Shown in pieces: positions 50,711-60,000 of a stretch of DNA of 60,000 nucleotides (position 1 is its first letter; the number at the start of each line of letters is the position of its first letter). A program made the translations under genes and the position numbers. Source of the DNA: Mobula hypostoma (taxonomy: Eukaryota); contig NC_086108.1 in NCBI RefSeq assembly GCF_963921235.1, positions 74,402,001 to 74,462,000 on the forward strand, written 5' to 3'. The notes beneath the pieces were generated by a model, which was given only the letters and a program-made list of their open reading frames with translations, searched no databases and was not told the origin of the DNA.

Positions 50711-51195
50711 GGTAGTGAGGTGGTAGTGGAGATAAGCTCCCACTACTTATTAAACGCTCCCAATGTTTAGCATCTCAAATAGCTTCTGACAACCAAGTCC
50801 AACTCCTGAACTTTACATGTGGCTTAGCTACTGAACCTGGTAGGACTGTTTCTACTGACAGGAGAAAGGGTAAAGGCAGTTACTGGTGCCTTAAGACCAG
50901 TCACTTCAGGCCAATGGGGCTCGTCAACCGTGGTTGGCAGCTCACCTATGAGAATAAAAACTCTGATCTCGAACCTCCACTGCCTTGTGACTATACTCAC
51001 TCATTGGGGTGGCTTTGGGAATAAACAGAGGGAAAAATCTGGAGCTGGAGGCCCTAAGGCAGTCTCATCTTGAGTTCAATGCTGACTGGCAGCTCCTGGT
51101 GCCAAACTGAATAGCAGTGATGAACACCTCTAGATTCATCAGCTGCATGGGGAGGGGCAGCCTGCCACAATGGCAACAGCTTGCTGTCTGTATCA
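50711..51195 (+). mobile_element. Probable RTE-clade 5'-UTR-derived non-autonomous element
   Basis: GC-richer non-coding block with gagaataaaaactctgatctcgaacctc, resembling RTE 5' ends from memory; classification tentative. Confidence 0.4.
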
Positions 51196-51309
51196 CACAC
51201 ACACACACAAACAAAAAGGGGAATTTATCCCTGAGGCAGAATATTCAAATTACTTCCTCACACCCAGAGACCATTCATGGAATAAAAGGTAACCTTTAGA
51301 ACCATTGAT

Positions 51310-51910
51310 ACTACTGCCCTCACCTGCATCTACGTGCTCACCCCATCTTCCTGGCACCTTAACAGGGATAGAGCTCCTCATCCGCACCTACTACGCCATA
51401 AGCCTCCACATCCAATACATCATTCTCTGCAACTTGTGCATCTTTACCTCCCATCCACTCTCCAGAGATTGCTCCCCATGATTCCCTTGTCTATTTGTCT
51501 CTCCTCACTTATCTTCCTCCTGGCATTTATCTCTGCAAGTAGCCAAAGTGCTGCACCTGCCTATTTGCCTTCTCCCTCATGTTCATTCAGGGCCCCAAAC
51601 TGTCCTTCCAGGTGAGGCAACACTTTACCTGCAAATCTGTTGGAGGTCATCTATTGTATCCGGTGCTCCTGATGCAGCCTCTTCTACATTGGACAGACCA
51701 GTAATAATTTAGGGGACCAATTCATCAAACATCTCCTGCCAAAAGTGGAACTTCTCAGGTGGCCAAAATATTTTAATTCTGGTTCCCATTCCTTTTCTGT
51801 CATGTCAGAACATGGACCCCTTCTGTGTCATGATGAGGTCACACCCAGGGTAGAGCCTTAACACCTTGTATCGTGGGTAGCCTCCAACCTCCTGGCATGA
51901 ATAGATTGAA
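51310..51910 (+). mobile_element. Penelope-like GIY-YIG fragment (degenerate)
   Basis: FQVRQHFTCKSV..VIYCIRCS*CSLFYIGQT; same family as 18245-18995. Confidence 0.8.
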
Positions 51911-52432
51911 TGCAGAATATCATGTGTTTAACTTTAGGGGGAAAAAAAAACAACAAATTGCTATCAACCATTTCAAACATGACAATTAAGTGGAACTGCT
52001 GCCAATTTCCTACGAAACGTGTTCACTGACTTGCATTTCCATACCATTCTAAAACAGATGGTGTTATTTGGCCAATTTCATCCTCAAGCAGTTCAGAAAA
52101 AGTAACTTCCAATTTAACAGGAATCATCATTCCAATGTTTTTAATACAAAATATTAGCAAGTGGACAAAACTGCTAAAAATGGAGTGAATGAACAAGAAC
52201 ACTGAGGGATCAAGTTAAAAATCAATAGTTGCAAAAACTTTTATACCAGGGAATTTAGAAATATAGCAATTAACTATATAATTTTCCCTATCATTCCATA
52301 TGTGAATCAAAAGTCAGATAATTTCATAATCAATTAATGAACTGCTCAGTCTTACAAAAGAAAGCTAAATGTTGCAAGTTATGCAATGATAGGCTATTGC
52401 ACTCTTCCTAACACCATTTTTGAACTCTGCAG

Positions 52433-52447
52433 CTCATGTCAAGTTGA
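52433..52447 (+). CDS. Candidate terminal coding exon of the plus-strand gene (LMSS-stop)
   Basis: ctctgcag acceptor, phase 0, TGA at 52445-52447, AATAAA near 52663 and 52817 downstream in non-repeat DNA. Too short to verify; an alternative candidate starts at 47797. Confidence 0.3.
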   Translation, partial: LMSS

Positions 52448-53615
52448 AGACAAGTTCTCCAAAAGTTCCAGATTCATACCAGAGGACCAACAAGCATCAG
52501 CAAGAAACCAAGCTAATAGTATCGCATACTTTCAGCATTCAGCTAATAATAATGCAAGGGGTTTCTTGACAAATTACCCACCTTGTGAAAGATAAGCCTA
52601 CATTCAAAAAAAAAGTCACCGGGAAAGACACTGTACGTAACGGAAACCGCAAGTAAAGTTGAAATAAAAGATTAATGAGTATGTTACTTTCGTTCTTTGG
52701 ATAGCCTTGGCAGTAAAGTGGGACTTAGTGTCATGTAATAGGCATCTGGGTTTGGAGTAGGATTTTGAGAGGCAGAGAGAAGCACCTGAACTCTTGTACA
52801 AGTATTGAAGCAAAAAATAAAAAACGCAAGCGGATTAGGATCTGTATGAAATGCACTTAATGTTGAATTATGGGATCAACTTATGTAAAGTCTTTGATTT
52901 GTAGAAATCTCAATCAAATACCTATCCACCCAATTCAAGTAGCAAAATGGACAGTGCTTAAGTAACTTGAATTTTAGCAACTACAAATTTAAACATCTGG
53001 AATAAGCAACAGGCCATCTACAAATGAAACTGAACCCAAATGTTTTGGAATTTGCTCTTGTCTATTGTCCACATTTTGGCCGAGTACCCTTACTACTGGA
53101 GAATTGGTGAATTCAGATTTTCATGTAGCTCTAGTTTTATATTTGTACATGGCAATTTCAAATTTTAGAACAGTGCAGGGAAGGAAAACCAAGAAAGCCA
53201 GTTATTCCAGCTCTTTGTAACCATCATACTCAGACTTACTGAACACCAAAGTTACTGCACACCCTAAGGCTACAATTTCTAGCAACATACGGCTGCCATA
53301 TTGAAAAATGTAGTCAGAAACTGAACATATTCAGATGCAAGATAATCCCATATCCTCTACCATTTCAGAGACGTACATTAACTGGCCAAGATCTTTTTTG
53401 CCAGATAAAACATCCATTGCATCATTGGCCATAAATATTCCAAACAAACTGGAATAAATCTTATTACTGACTTCCTGGTGACAATAGCAAGCTAAATGAT
53501 ATTTTGTGTTCAAGTTATTACAAGTGTTGTAGGCTGGGGCCAGAAACACTTAAAGCTCAAAGTTTAGGCACCCAAAGCTGTTTGTTAACTGAGACCCAAA
53601 TTTGCAAATGACATC

Positions 53616-53621
53616 TTTATT
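53616..53621 (-). terminator. NASP polyadenylation signal AATAAA
   Basis: tttatt on plus strand about 100 nt past the stop codon, after a U-rich 3' UTR. Confidence 0.7.
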
Positions 53622-53723
53622 GAAGATTTCCACAATGTTACAAAAAGTTCAAAAAGCCAATCAAAAATACATTATATACAAAAACAGTCCTGTATGTGGA
53701 GGAGTATGCCAACCATCTAAATA

Positions 53724-53780
53724 TTAACTCGTACTTTGAGCTTCTGGATCAGATTTCTTTGGTGAAGCAATTTCTTCTGA
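53724..53780 (-). CDS. NASP: NASP last coding exon: SEEIASPKKSDPEAQSTS-stop
   Basis: ttttcag acceptor, TAA at 53726-53724, followed by U-rich UTR and AATAAA. Confidence 0.85.
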   Translation of the reverse strand, partial: SEEIASPKKSDPEAQSTS

Positions 53781-54534
53781 CTGAAAAGAAGAAAAAGTAA
53801 TTAGTTGCACACAACAGACCACACAAGCCTTTACAGTCAGTCTTACCAGTTTACAAGTTATTGCAAATACAACAGTCATTGCCAGTTGCAAATTCAGTTT
53901 TCCACCTGAATTTTCAAATATATACTTTGTATATGTCATGCTTTTGACTCTTGATCAATGAATGTCAAGATTTTCCCTTTCTTCAATGTACAAGTCATGG
54001 CTCCAGAGGGGGAAAAAAAATATACACACCATCAAGTGGGAAAGATCTTTTCATTAGATATACAAATCAGATTTAGTTTACCAAAATGCACAGGTAGCAT
54101 GTTACTAAGTCAATTACCTCCACACCGACATGTTAATTTAATAAGCCCATCCTTCTTGGTAAAATGTAGACAACATTGTACATACAGTATGTTGTACTGA
54201 ATAGCAATAGCTTAAGAAAAAGTTAATTTTGAGTCAGAATACCCCAAATACAATTACACCACAGTAATACTATAAAGTCAGGTGTCATCTTTGAGATAAA
54301 GGTGAGATTAAGGCTTCAGCCAACTACAAAATTTTGTTTTGAAGTATTATTGTTTTGGCATATACCCATTTCAAAACTGTTTTGATTTTCAGATATTGGA
54401 TCATTATCACAATGTAGTTAGACAACTTTCAATACTGCAATGATTTATGGGTAAATATAAAAATTAAACCAAAGTAATAGGATATGAGAGCAAGAGAAGA
54501 CAGGTATAAAAATCCAATGGATACAAAAACTCAC

Positions 54535-54657
54535 TTCCATTTTCGCAGGAACTCCATTCTTGTCATGGGCATCACCACAGCCACCATTCACTGAAGACTC
54601 CTCCTGCTTCGCTTTTTTAGGATCCTTAGTGTCCCTCTCAGAGTCTTCTGGCTTCCT
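54535..54657 (-). CDS. NASP: NASP exon: RKPEDSERDTKDPKKAKQEESSVNGGCGDAHDKNGVPAKME (second half of NLS)
   Basis: ttacag acceptor, gtgagt donor, 123 nt; RKPE...KKAKQE matches the vertebrate NASP C-terminus. Confidence 0.92.
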
Positions 54658-54779
54658 CTGTAATGAGGACTTGAGAATTGTAAATATTTTTACTTAAACA
54701 TTCTATACACATCCATACTACCACGTGATTAAGGAACAGTCCAAATTACAAATTGCCGTTTTTTTTCCCTTGCATTTTC

Positions 54780-55171
54780 TTTCTTTCTTTTTAAATCTTT
54801 TTATTGAATAAGTATACAAAAAGGTAAACCATATAAACATTAATACAATGTTAAAATATAATAGAATTCCAGAAGGTATCAATACCAAAAAAATACTACA
54901 AACAATGTAATTTAAACATAAAAAACCAAGATAACATAATAGTATACTAAATTTTATATATACATCAATGGAAAAAAAAAGAAAAAAACCCCCAAAAAAA
55001 AACCCACCGTGCAACTAACTAAAAGCAAAGCAAAGCAATGGGCTAACTTGAAACCAAACAGAGTTAAACTTAAAATCACGTCCTCAATCCCGACCTCCTT
55101 TAAAAACAGTGAAAAAAGACAAGAAGGGTATGTATTACATTAAATGAAAGTATCGAATAAAAGGTCCCCAA
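54780..55171 (-). mobile_element. 5'-truncated L1/Tx1-type LINE in a NASP intron, 13-bp TSD
   Basis: Minus strand WGPFIRYFHLM-stop, U-rich UTR, AATAAA, (GAAA)n tail; TSD cccttgcattttc at 54767-54779 and 55172-55184. Confidence 0.85.
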
Positions 55172-55799
55172 CCCTTGCATTTTCAATACAGGAACTTTAT
55201 AGATGCCATGAAAAAAATTTTATTCTACAATTTCACGTTAGTCACACTGTCCTTCAGTTTGTTTTTAACAAATTATTGATTTGGGCAATTTGGTTTTCTG
55301 TATTTTTGATAGGAGGGAAGATGTCAAATTCAGGGCTTCACATACAAAGGCAAGTTGTCACAACTATTCAATTACTTAGGTGTGAGCAATAACTCTATTT
55401 TACTTTATTAACCAGATTTCCATGAGACTAGACATGGAAAAATTAAAGTACCTCCTTTAACTGAACTGAGGCAATAGGGGGCTGGATGGGACGAACCCTT
55501 GACTTATTTCAGGAGCAATGAATCTTCACAGCCAACCTGAAGTACAGATGGGTGTCTTTAAGTGCCTAAAAATGGCATAGTTTTAAAAAAATGAAATTTA
55601 CTACATCCTCCTCCTCTAGTCTCTCCATATCCATTGGCAAGCTAAAACCCCCTTTTCTAAAACTAGTGTATATTTAAAGGTTGTTTAGCCAGTTTGCCGA
55701 CAATCCAATTCTTGTGTAACAAACTTGGCTAAAATATACAACCATGGCACAGAAAAGTTACAACAATTCCAAACAGAACAGTTCAAATAATAAACGCAC

Positions 55800-55880
55800 C
55801 TTCTTCCTTACTAGGTGAGAGATGTTGGATACAGAATTTGAACTTGATGTAGGTGCTTCACCCGTTTTTCCAGCCTGAAT
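55800..55880 (-). CDS. NASP: NASP exon: IQAGKTGEAPTSSSNSVSNISHLVRKK (first half of NLS)
   Basis: ttgtag acceptor, gtgcgt donor, 81 nt; conserved ISHLVRKK. Confidence 0.93.
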
Positions 55881-55964
55881 CTACAAAATTCAGACAAGTA
55901 ATATTAACAATCTACCCAAAGAATTACAGAACATTTGTAGTGAAGATATAGTACAAATACTCAC

Positions 55965-56024
55965 AGCTGATGTTGGAGCACTGTTTGCGATGCCTTCTGT
56001 AACCGGAAATGCTGTTGTTCTTGA
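55965..56024 (-). CDS. NASP: NASP exon: SRTTAFPVTEGIANSAPTSA
   Basis: ttgttag acceptor, gtgagt donor, 60 nt, phase 0/0. Confidence 0.8.
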
Positions 56025-56537
56025 CTAACAAAAGAAATTCATAGTATAAACTGGGGTAAAGCTAATACAGAAAATAAACTTTGTGAAATTAAATGACAAA
56101 AAATTGCACTTTAGGAAATAAAGAACAGTAGGATTATTAGGTAAAGTGAACAAATTGCAAATTGTATTGCAATTTAATTACAACTCTAAACAGGATAACA
56201 TGGCATTTGTAATGGATTCTTTTACAGAACGCAAGAACCACGTAGCGTTTTGGTCTGTACACAGGACAGAATTGTCTGCAAAGAAAATTAGCTTAATGTT
56301 GCAACCTTTAAATTGATTAAGAAATGAACATGTTCTCAACTGAAGAGAATCCAAGGCCAAGTCGCTAATATAAATCGTACCAGTTAAATCCAATAATGAA
56401 CAGTGAACACAAGACTCAAGTGAGACAAATCAAATGATTTCAAACGTAGGCATGGAAAATTGGATTTAAAAAAAAATTATTCAGACACTAGTCGTGTAGA
56501 GCCTGCCAGTTAATGAATTGCATACACAAACACTGAC

Positions 56538-56728
56538 CAAGGTTTCCTGAAGTGCTTTAGTTGCTTTCCCATCTTTGGATTCTTCTGCATCTTCAATTTT
56601 TGCCTTTATTTCTGGTAACAGCTCTTTAAGTTCTTCAACTTCCTGCTTATCTTCAGAAACTGTCTCATTATCTTTTGCTGGCGATTTGCCTTTCTCTTCT
56701 GCTTTTTCAATTCTTTCTGTTAACATAG
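56538..56728 (-). CDS. NASP: NASP exon: AMLTERIEKAEEKGK...EELKELLPEIKAKIEDAEESKDGKATKALQETL
   Basis: ttgcag acceptor, gtcagt donor, phase 1 to 0; ORF 56481..56759. Confidence 0.93.
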
Positions 56729-57421
56729 CTGCAAATAAAGCACAAATCTTGAAGGCCAATACAATTCTTCCCCAACATCACCAAAATCAAGTGGTTGGTA
56801 GCCACAAGTTATTCACTCAAACCACAGGTTCCCCAACCAAGGGCAAAAACGACATGAACAGAATTTTCTTGCCTACTGCTATGCCTTTGGTACATCCTCC
56901 CTACCAAAAATCTCTGGCTTCAAGTGGGCATTCAACCCTTTAGGAAAAGTGTCAAAGATTTCTCAATGCAACCAGAAGTTTTAAGCTTAGATGGCACACC
57001 CTATATCCTGAGAATAGGACCCTTTTCCAATCGTTAACCAGTGTGAACTGCTCTATTTTCTGTTTAAATCACCTCATTTCCTGATGAGTATTGGCCCATG
57101 ACATCAACAGCATATTCTTCTCCCGACTTTGAGTTGCTCCAGTATTTTGTGTGGATTTCCAATATTGACATAAGCTCTTGTTTATGACCTCCAATTTCAC
57201 TTTTTTAAATTAACCTTGCTGGTTAATCTCCCAACAGAACAATTCCATCATTCCAACCCTAGAAACAGCTTAATGAACTTTGTATTTGGAATTTATCTGG
57301 TAAACTAAAACTGGACACCTCATTAGGCTAGTAACACAATCCTTACTGGAACCATGAAAACCAGCTTCTTTTGACAACAGGGCACAAAATTTAAGTTTGA
57401 ATGAAAGTTTATTTTCCTTAC

Positions 57422-57610
57422 CTAACCTTTTCTCTATAACACTGAAAGACTCTTTGAAGTGCTTCAGAGAGAAATCATGTTGATTATTAAAACTGTATGC
57501 TAGCCCCAGTTGGTAATGGGTCTCCGCCAGCAGCCGGTTGTGTGGATCAAGGTGTTTTTCCTGAATGGTCAGGCATTCATTAAAATCCTCAATAGCTTGT
57601 ACATAGTTCT
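57422..57610 (-). CDS. NASP: NASP exon: ENYVQAIEDFNECLTIQEKHLDPHNRLLAETHYQLGLAYSFNNQHDFSLKHFKESFSVIEKRL (TPR3/4)
   Basis: ttctag acceptor, gtaagg donor, 189 nt, phase 1/1; ORF 57270..57632. Confidence 0.95.
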
Positions 57611-57735
57611 CTAGAACAGAAAAAAATTTCAATCAGCAGTTATTATTCTACCCAATGCAATACATGATAAACCTCATGTTCAGCTTGCTCAATGCCAAAA
57701 TTTTTCCAACACAGACCACAGGTTTTTCAACCTAC

Positions 57736-57809
57736 CAGATTCTATTCCCACTTCACCCAACTTCAGGTAAGCCTGTGCTGCACAGAGTTGTATTTCTTTG
57801 GTTTCCTGT
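57736..57809 (-). CDS. NASP: NASP exon: QETKEIQLCAAQAYLKLGEVGIES (SHNi-TPR region)
   Basis: tttcag acceptor, gtaggt donor, phase 2 to 1. Confidence 0.95.
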
Positions 57810-57923
57810 CTGAAAATTTGACCAAAATTGAGTAATGTAGATTACAAGTAAACTGATTTGTGCAACAAGTACTCAATTCTTATTCAGAAATAAAATTTAG
57901 AAGTCCAAATACTGAAAATTTAC

Positions 57924-58000
57924 CTTTTGAAGATGATTTTTGCCAATTCAAGCATTTCCCAAGCTAACTGCAAATTGTCCACCTCTTCACTTTCACCATC
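57924..58000 (-). CDS. NASP: NASP exon: [26 protein letters not shown]
   Basis: ttacag acceptor, gtaaat donor, phase 0 to 2; conserved motif. Confidence 0.95.
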
Positions 58001-58076
58001 CTGTAACAAATAGTTGATCTTTTAAATTCCAGATTAAAATCTCAGATGGATTTTGTAGATAAAGCATTAAACCCAC

Positions 58077-58135
58077 CTTTTCTGTAGTTTCTTCATTCTC
58101 ATCGTCACCTTCACTAGCATCTGCTGCATGAGCAC
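58077..58135 (-). CDS. NASP: NASP exon: GAHAADASEGDDENEETTEK
   Basis: ttccag acceptor, gtgggt donor, phase 1 to 0. Confidence 0.85.
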
Positions 58136-58780
58136 CTGGAAATTTTGTAAATTAGGAAGTAGAGCTTAAAATTTGTGATAATAGAAGTTGGTTGTATTAT
58201 TGGTTGGTCACTTAATTTAGAGAAGTCCTTCAATTAAATTTAATACCTAGACTTTTCTACCCAGGAACTTTGTCCAAAGGATGAAGTGCCAGAATAATAC
58301 TGAACAAGTACCACAGCCAGTATCTGGAAATGTTTTGACCAATTCTTAATCCCATTTTACAAAAGCTCCCAATGCTGCAGAACAAAACAATATTTAACTA
58401 TGTAACCCACTAAACTTGTCCCTGGAAATTACAATCTTATGACTTAAGTGTTGGTCTTTGGCCTTTAATCCATTTGAATCACAAGTTAATGCAAAGTTAA
58501 AGCCACTTTGAATTAGACTTTTCCACTAAAGGCACAATATACCACACAAATGTTTAAAACAAAAACCATACACCATACAGTGATTTGTGACAAAGTTTGC
58601 AACTCCCGTGATGTCAGTTTTATCCCAGCAAATAGTAAACATTTAAAAATACCACTTTCCTCCATGCTCTTCATAGTTAGTATTAAGTAGGAAGTTTTAC
58701 AAAAGAATGCAAAAGAGTTTAAGAGATTTGTGCCATTTTACCCAATTTGTTAATCGGAACACTTGTCCTTTAGTTTATAC

Positions 58781-59341
58781 CTTCACCCTCATCCATTGGT
58801 TCCTCACATCCTGTAGTTCCATCCACTAGCTTGCTATCAGTCTTCTCCGTGACTTTGTTTCCTTCACTGTCGGCACCTTTGATGTTCTCTTGTGCTGGTT
58901 TCTCATTCAATTTGTCTTGAACCTTTTGGGTGTCTTTTTCCAAAGGAGGACAGATTTTTCTTTCGAGGTCAATTTTACCACTTTCCACTGATGCATCAGT
59001 AATTGCCTTCTCATCCCCATCTTCTGGCGCAATAATCTCTTCAGCCAAAATGTTTCTGTCCTCTGGAAATTTCTCCACATCTTCCTGATGAGAACCCACT
59101 TCAGCCATTGGTTCACTTTTACCATCCTTATCGAGGTCATCCAGGGATTCAGTTTCCATCCTTATTTCACTTTGAGTTGTCTGGAGCTCCTTTCCAAGAG
59201 TGTTCACTTTATCAGCTTTCTCTGGAGGATTTATTCTTTCTTCATGGTCTACATCCTCATCACTAGAAATGTTTTCAACTTGTACATTGGCTTCAGCTAG
59301 TGCTGCATAGACCTGTTCCCTCAATTCTTCCCTCTCTTTTT
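58781..59341 (-). CDS. NASP: NASP large acidic exon (tNASP-type insert), 561 nt, phase 1/1
   Basis: tgtag acceptor, gtataa donor; EKEREELREQVYAALAE...EEPMDEGE; ORF 58770..59399. Confidence 0.9.
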
Positions 59342-59454
59342 CTACATGTATTAAGGGAAAAATGCACAAAATTGGAATTCCCAAGACTGGTATGAGCAAA
59401 TTAAAAAATAGTCACAATTGAAAAGGTGATCAAAGTGGGGAAAAAAACACAGGA

Positions 59455-59965
59455 TGAGACCATTAAGACATAGGAGCAGAATTACACCATTTGGCTAATG
59501 AAGTCTGCTCTGAAATTTCACCATGGCTGATCATTCCCCCCCCCCAGCCCTCTCCCCACAACCATTCATTCCCTGACTAATCAAGAATCTATCAATCTCT
59601 GCCTTATATATAAAAAAATGATTTGGCCTCCACAGCAACCTGTGGCAACAAATTCACCACTCTTGACTGAAGAAATTATCATCTCCATTCCAAATGGACA
59701 CCCCTCTATTCTGTGGCTGTGCCCTCTGCTCAGAGACTCCCCACCGAGGAAACATCCTCTACACATCCACTCTATCGAGGCCTTTCAATATGTTTAGATG
59801 AGATTCCCCCCCCCTTCTAAATTAATGCTCCTATGACAAGCTTATGACCTTCTTTTGAATCCTCTCCATTATCAGAACACTTGGGAGTATGGTGAGCACC
59901 CAAAACTGCTCACAATACTCCAAATTCACCAGTGCCTTCTAAAGCCTTTAGTATTACATCTTTGC
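59455..59965 (-). mobile_element. CR1 LINE 3' end in a NASP intron
   Basis: Reverse similarity to 7200-7765 and 30810-31360. Confidence 0.8.
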
Positions 59966-59970
59966 TTTTA

Positions 59971-60000
59971 CAGTTCAAGAAAAAGTTTGGGAACCCTTTG
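59971..60000 (+). mobile_element. Possible left terminal inverted repeat of a Tc1/mariner element (cut by window edge)
   Basis: TA|CAGTTCAAGAAAAAGTTTGGGAACCC resembles the Tc1-family TIR start. Confidence 0.45.

Larger units (their letters stand above)
53600..59341 (-). other. NASP: NASP (nuclear autoantigenic sperm protein, H3/H4 and H1 histone chaperone), 3' part; 5' exons lie beyond the window
   Basis: Diagnostic peptides [99 protein letters not shown]; 10 exons in consistent phase ending in TAA. Confidence 0.97.

Overview
Vertebrate genomic DNA, most likely a cartilaginous fish (batoid/shark-type CR1, Rex1/Babar, Penelope and V-SINE repeat landscape; taxon is inferred). Two multi-exon genes converge tail-to-tail. 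(1) Plus strand, about 4.1-44.2 kb: 16 GT-AG exons that splice in one continuous frame (2239 nt, 746 codons) and encode three tandem C2-like beta-sandwich modules. By position next to NASP and motif pattern this is probably a long C-terminal extension of CCDC17; its 5' end lies upstream of the window and its last exon is uncertain. (2) Minus strand, 53.6-59.3 kb: the last 10 exons of the histone chaperone NASP, including the large symmetric tNASP-type cassette exon, the TPR/SHNi-TPR exons, the NLS and a poly(A) signal. Introns and intergenic DNA are full of decayed retroelements: a near full-length CR1 with esterase ORF1, many CR1 and Rex1/Babar 3' fragments, two Penelope-like families carrying minimal hammerhead-ribozyme cores and inverted termini, an L1/Tx1 3' fragment with a 13-bp TSD inside NASP, SINEs and tiny Tc1-like MITEs. 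Most short ORFs in the supplied track are repeat-derived or spurious. No prokaryote-type system is present. The most interesting items are the triple-C2 protein region, the tandem hammerhead cores, and several nested or inverted retroelement structures. Exon boundaries were read by eye from splice signals and frame continuity; repeat boundaries are approximate.
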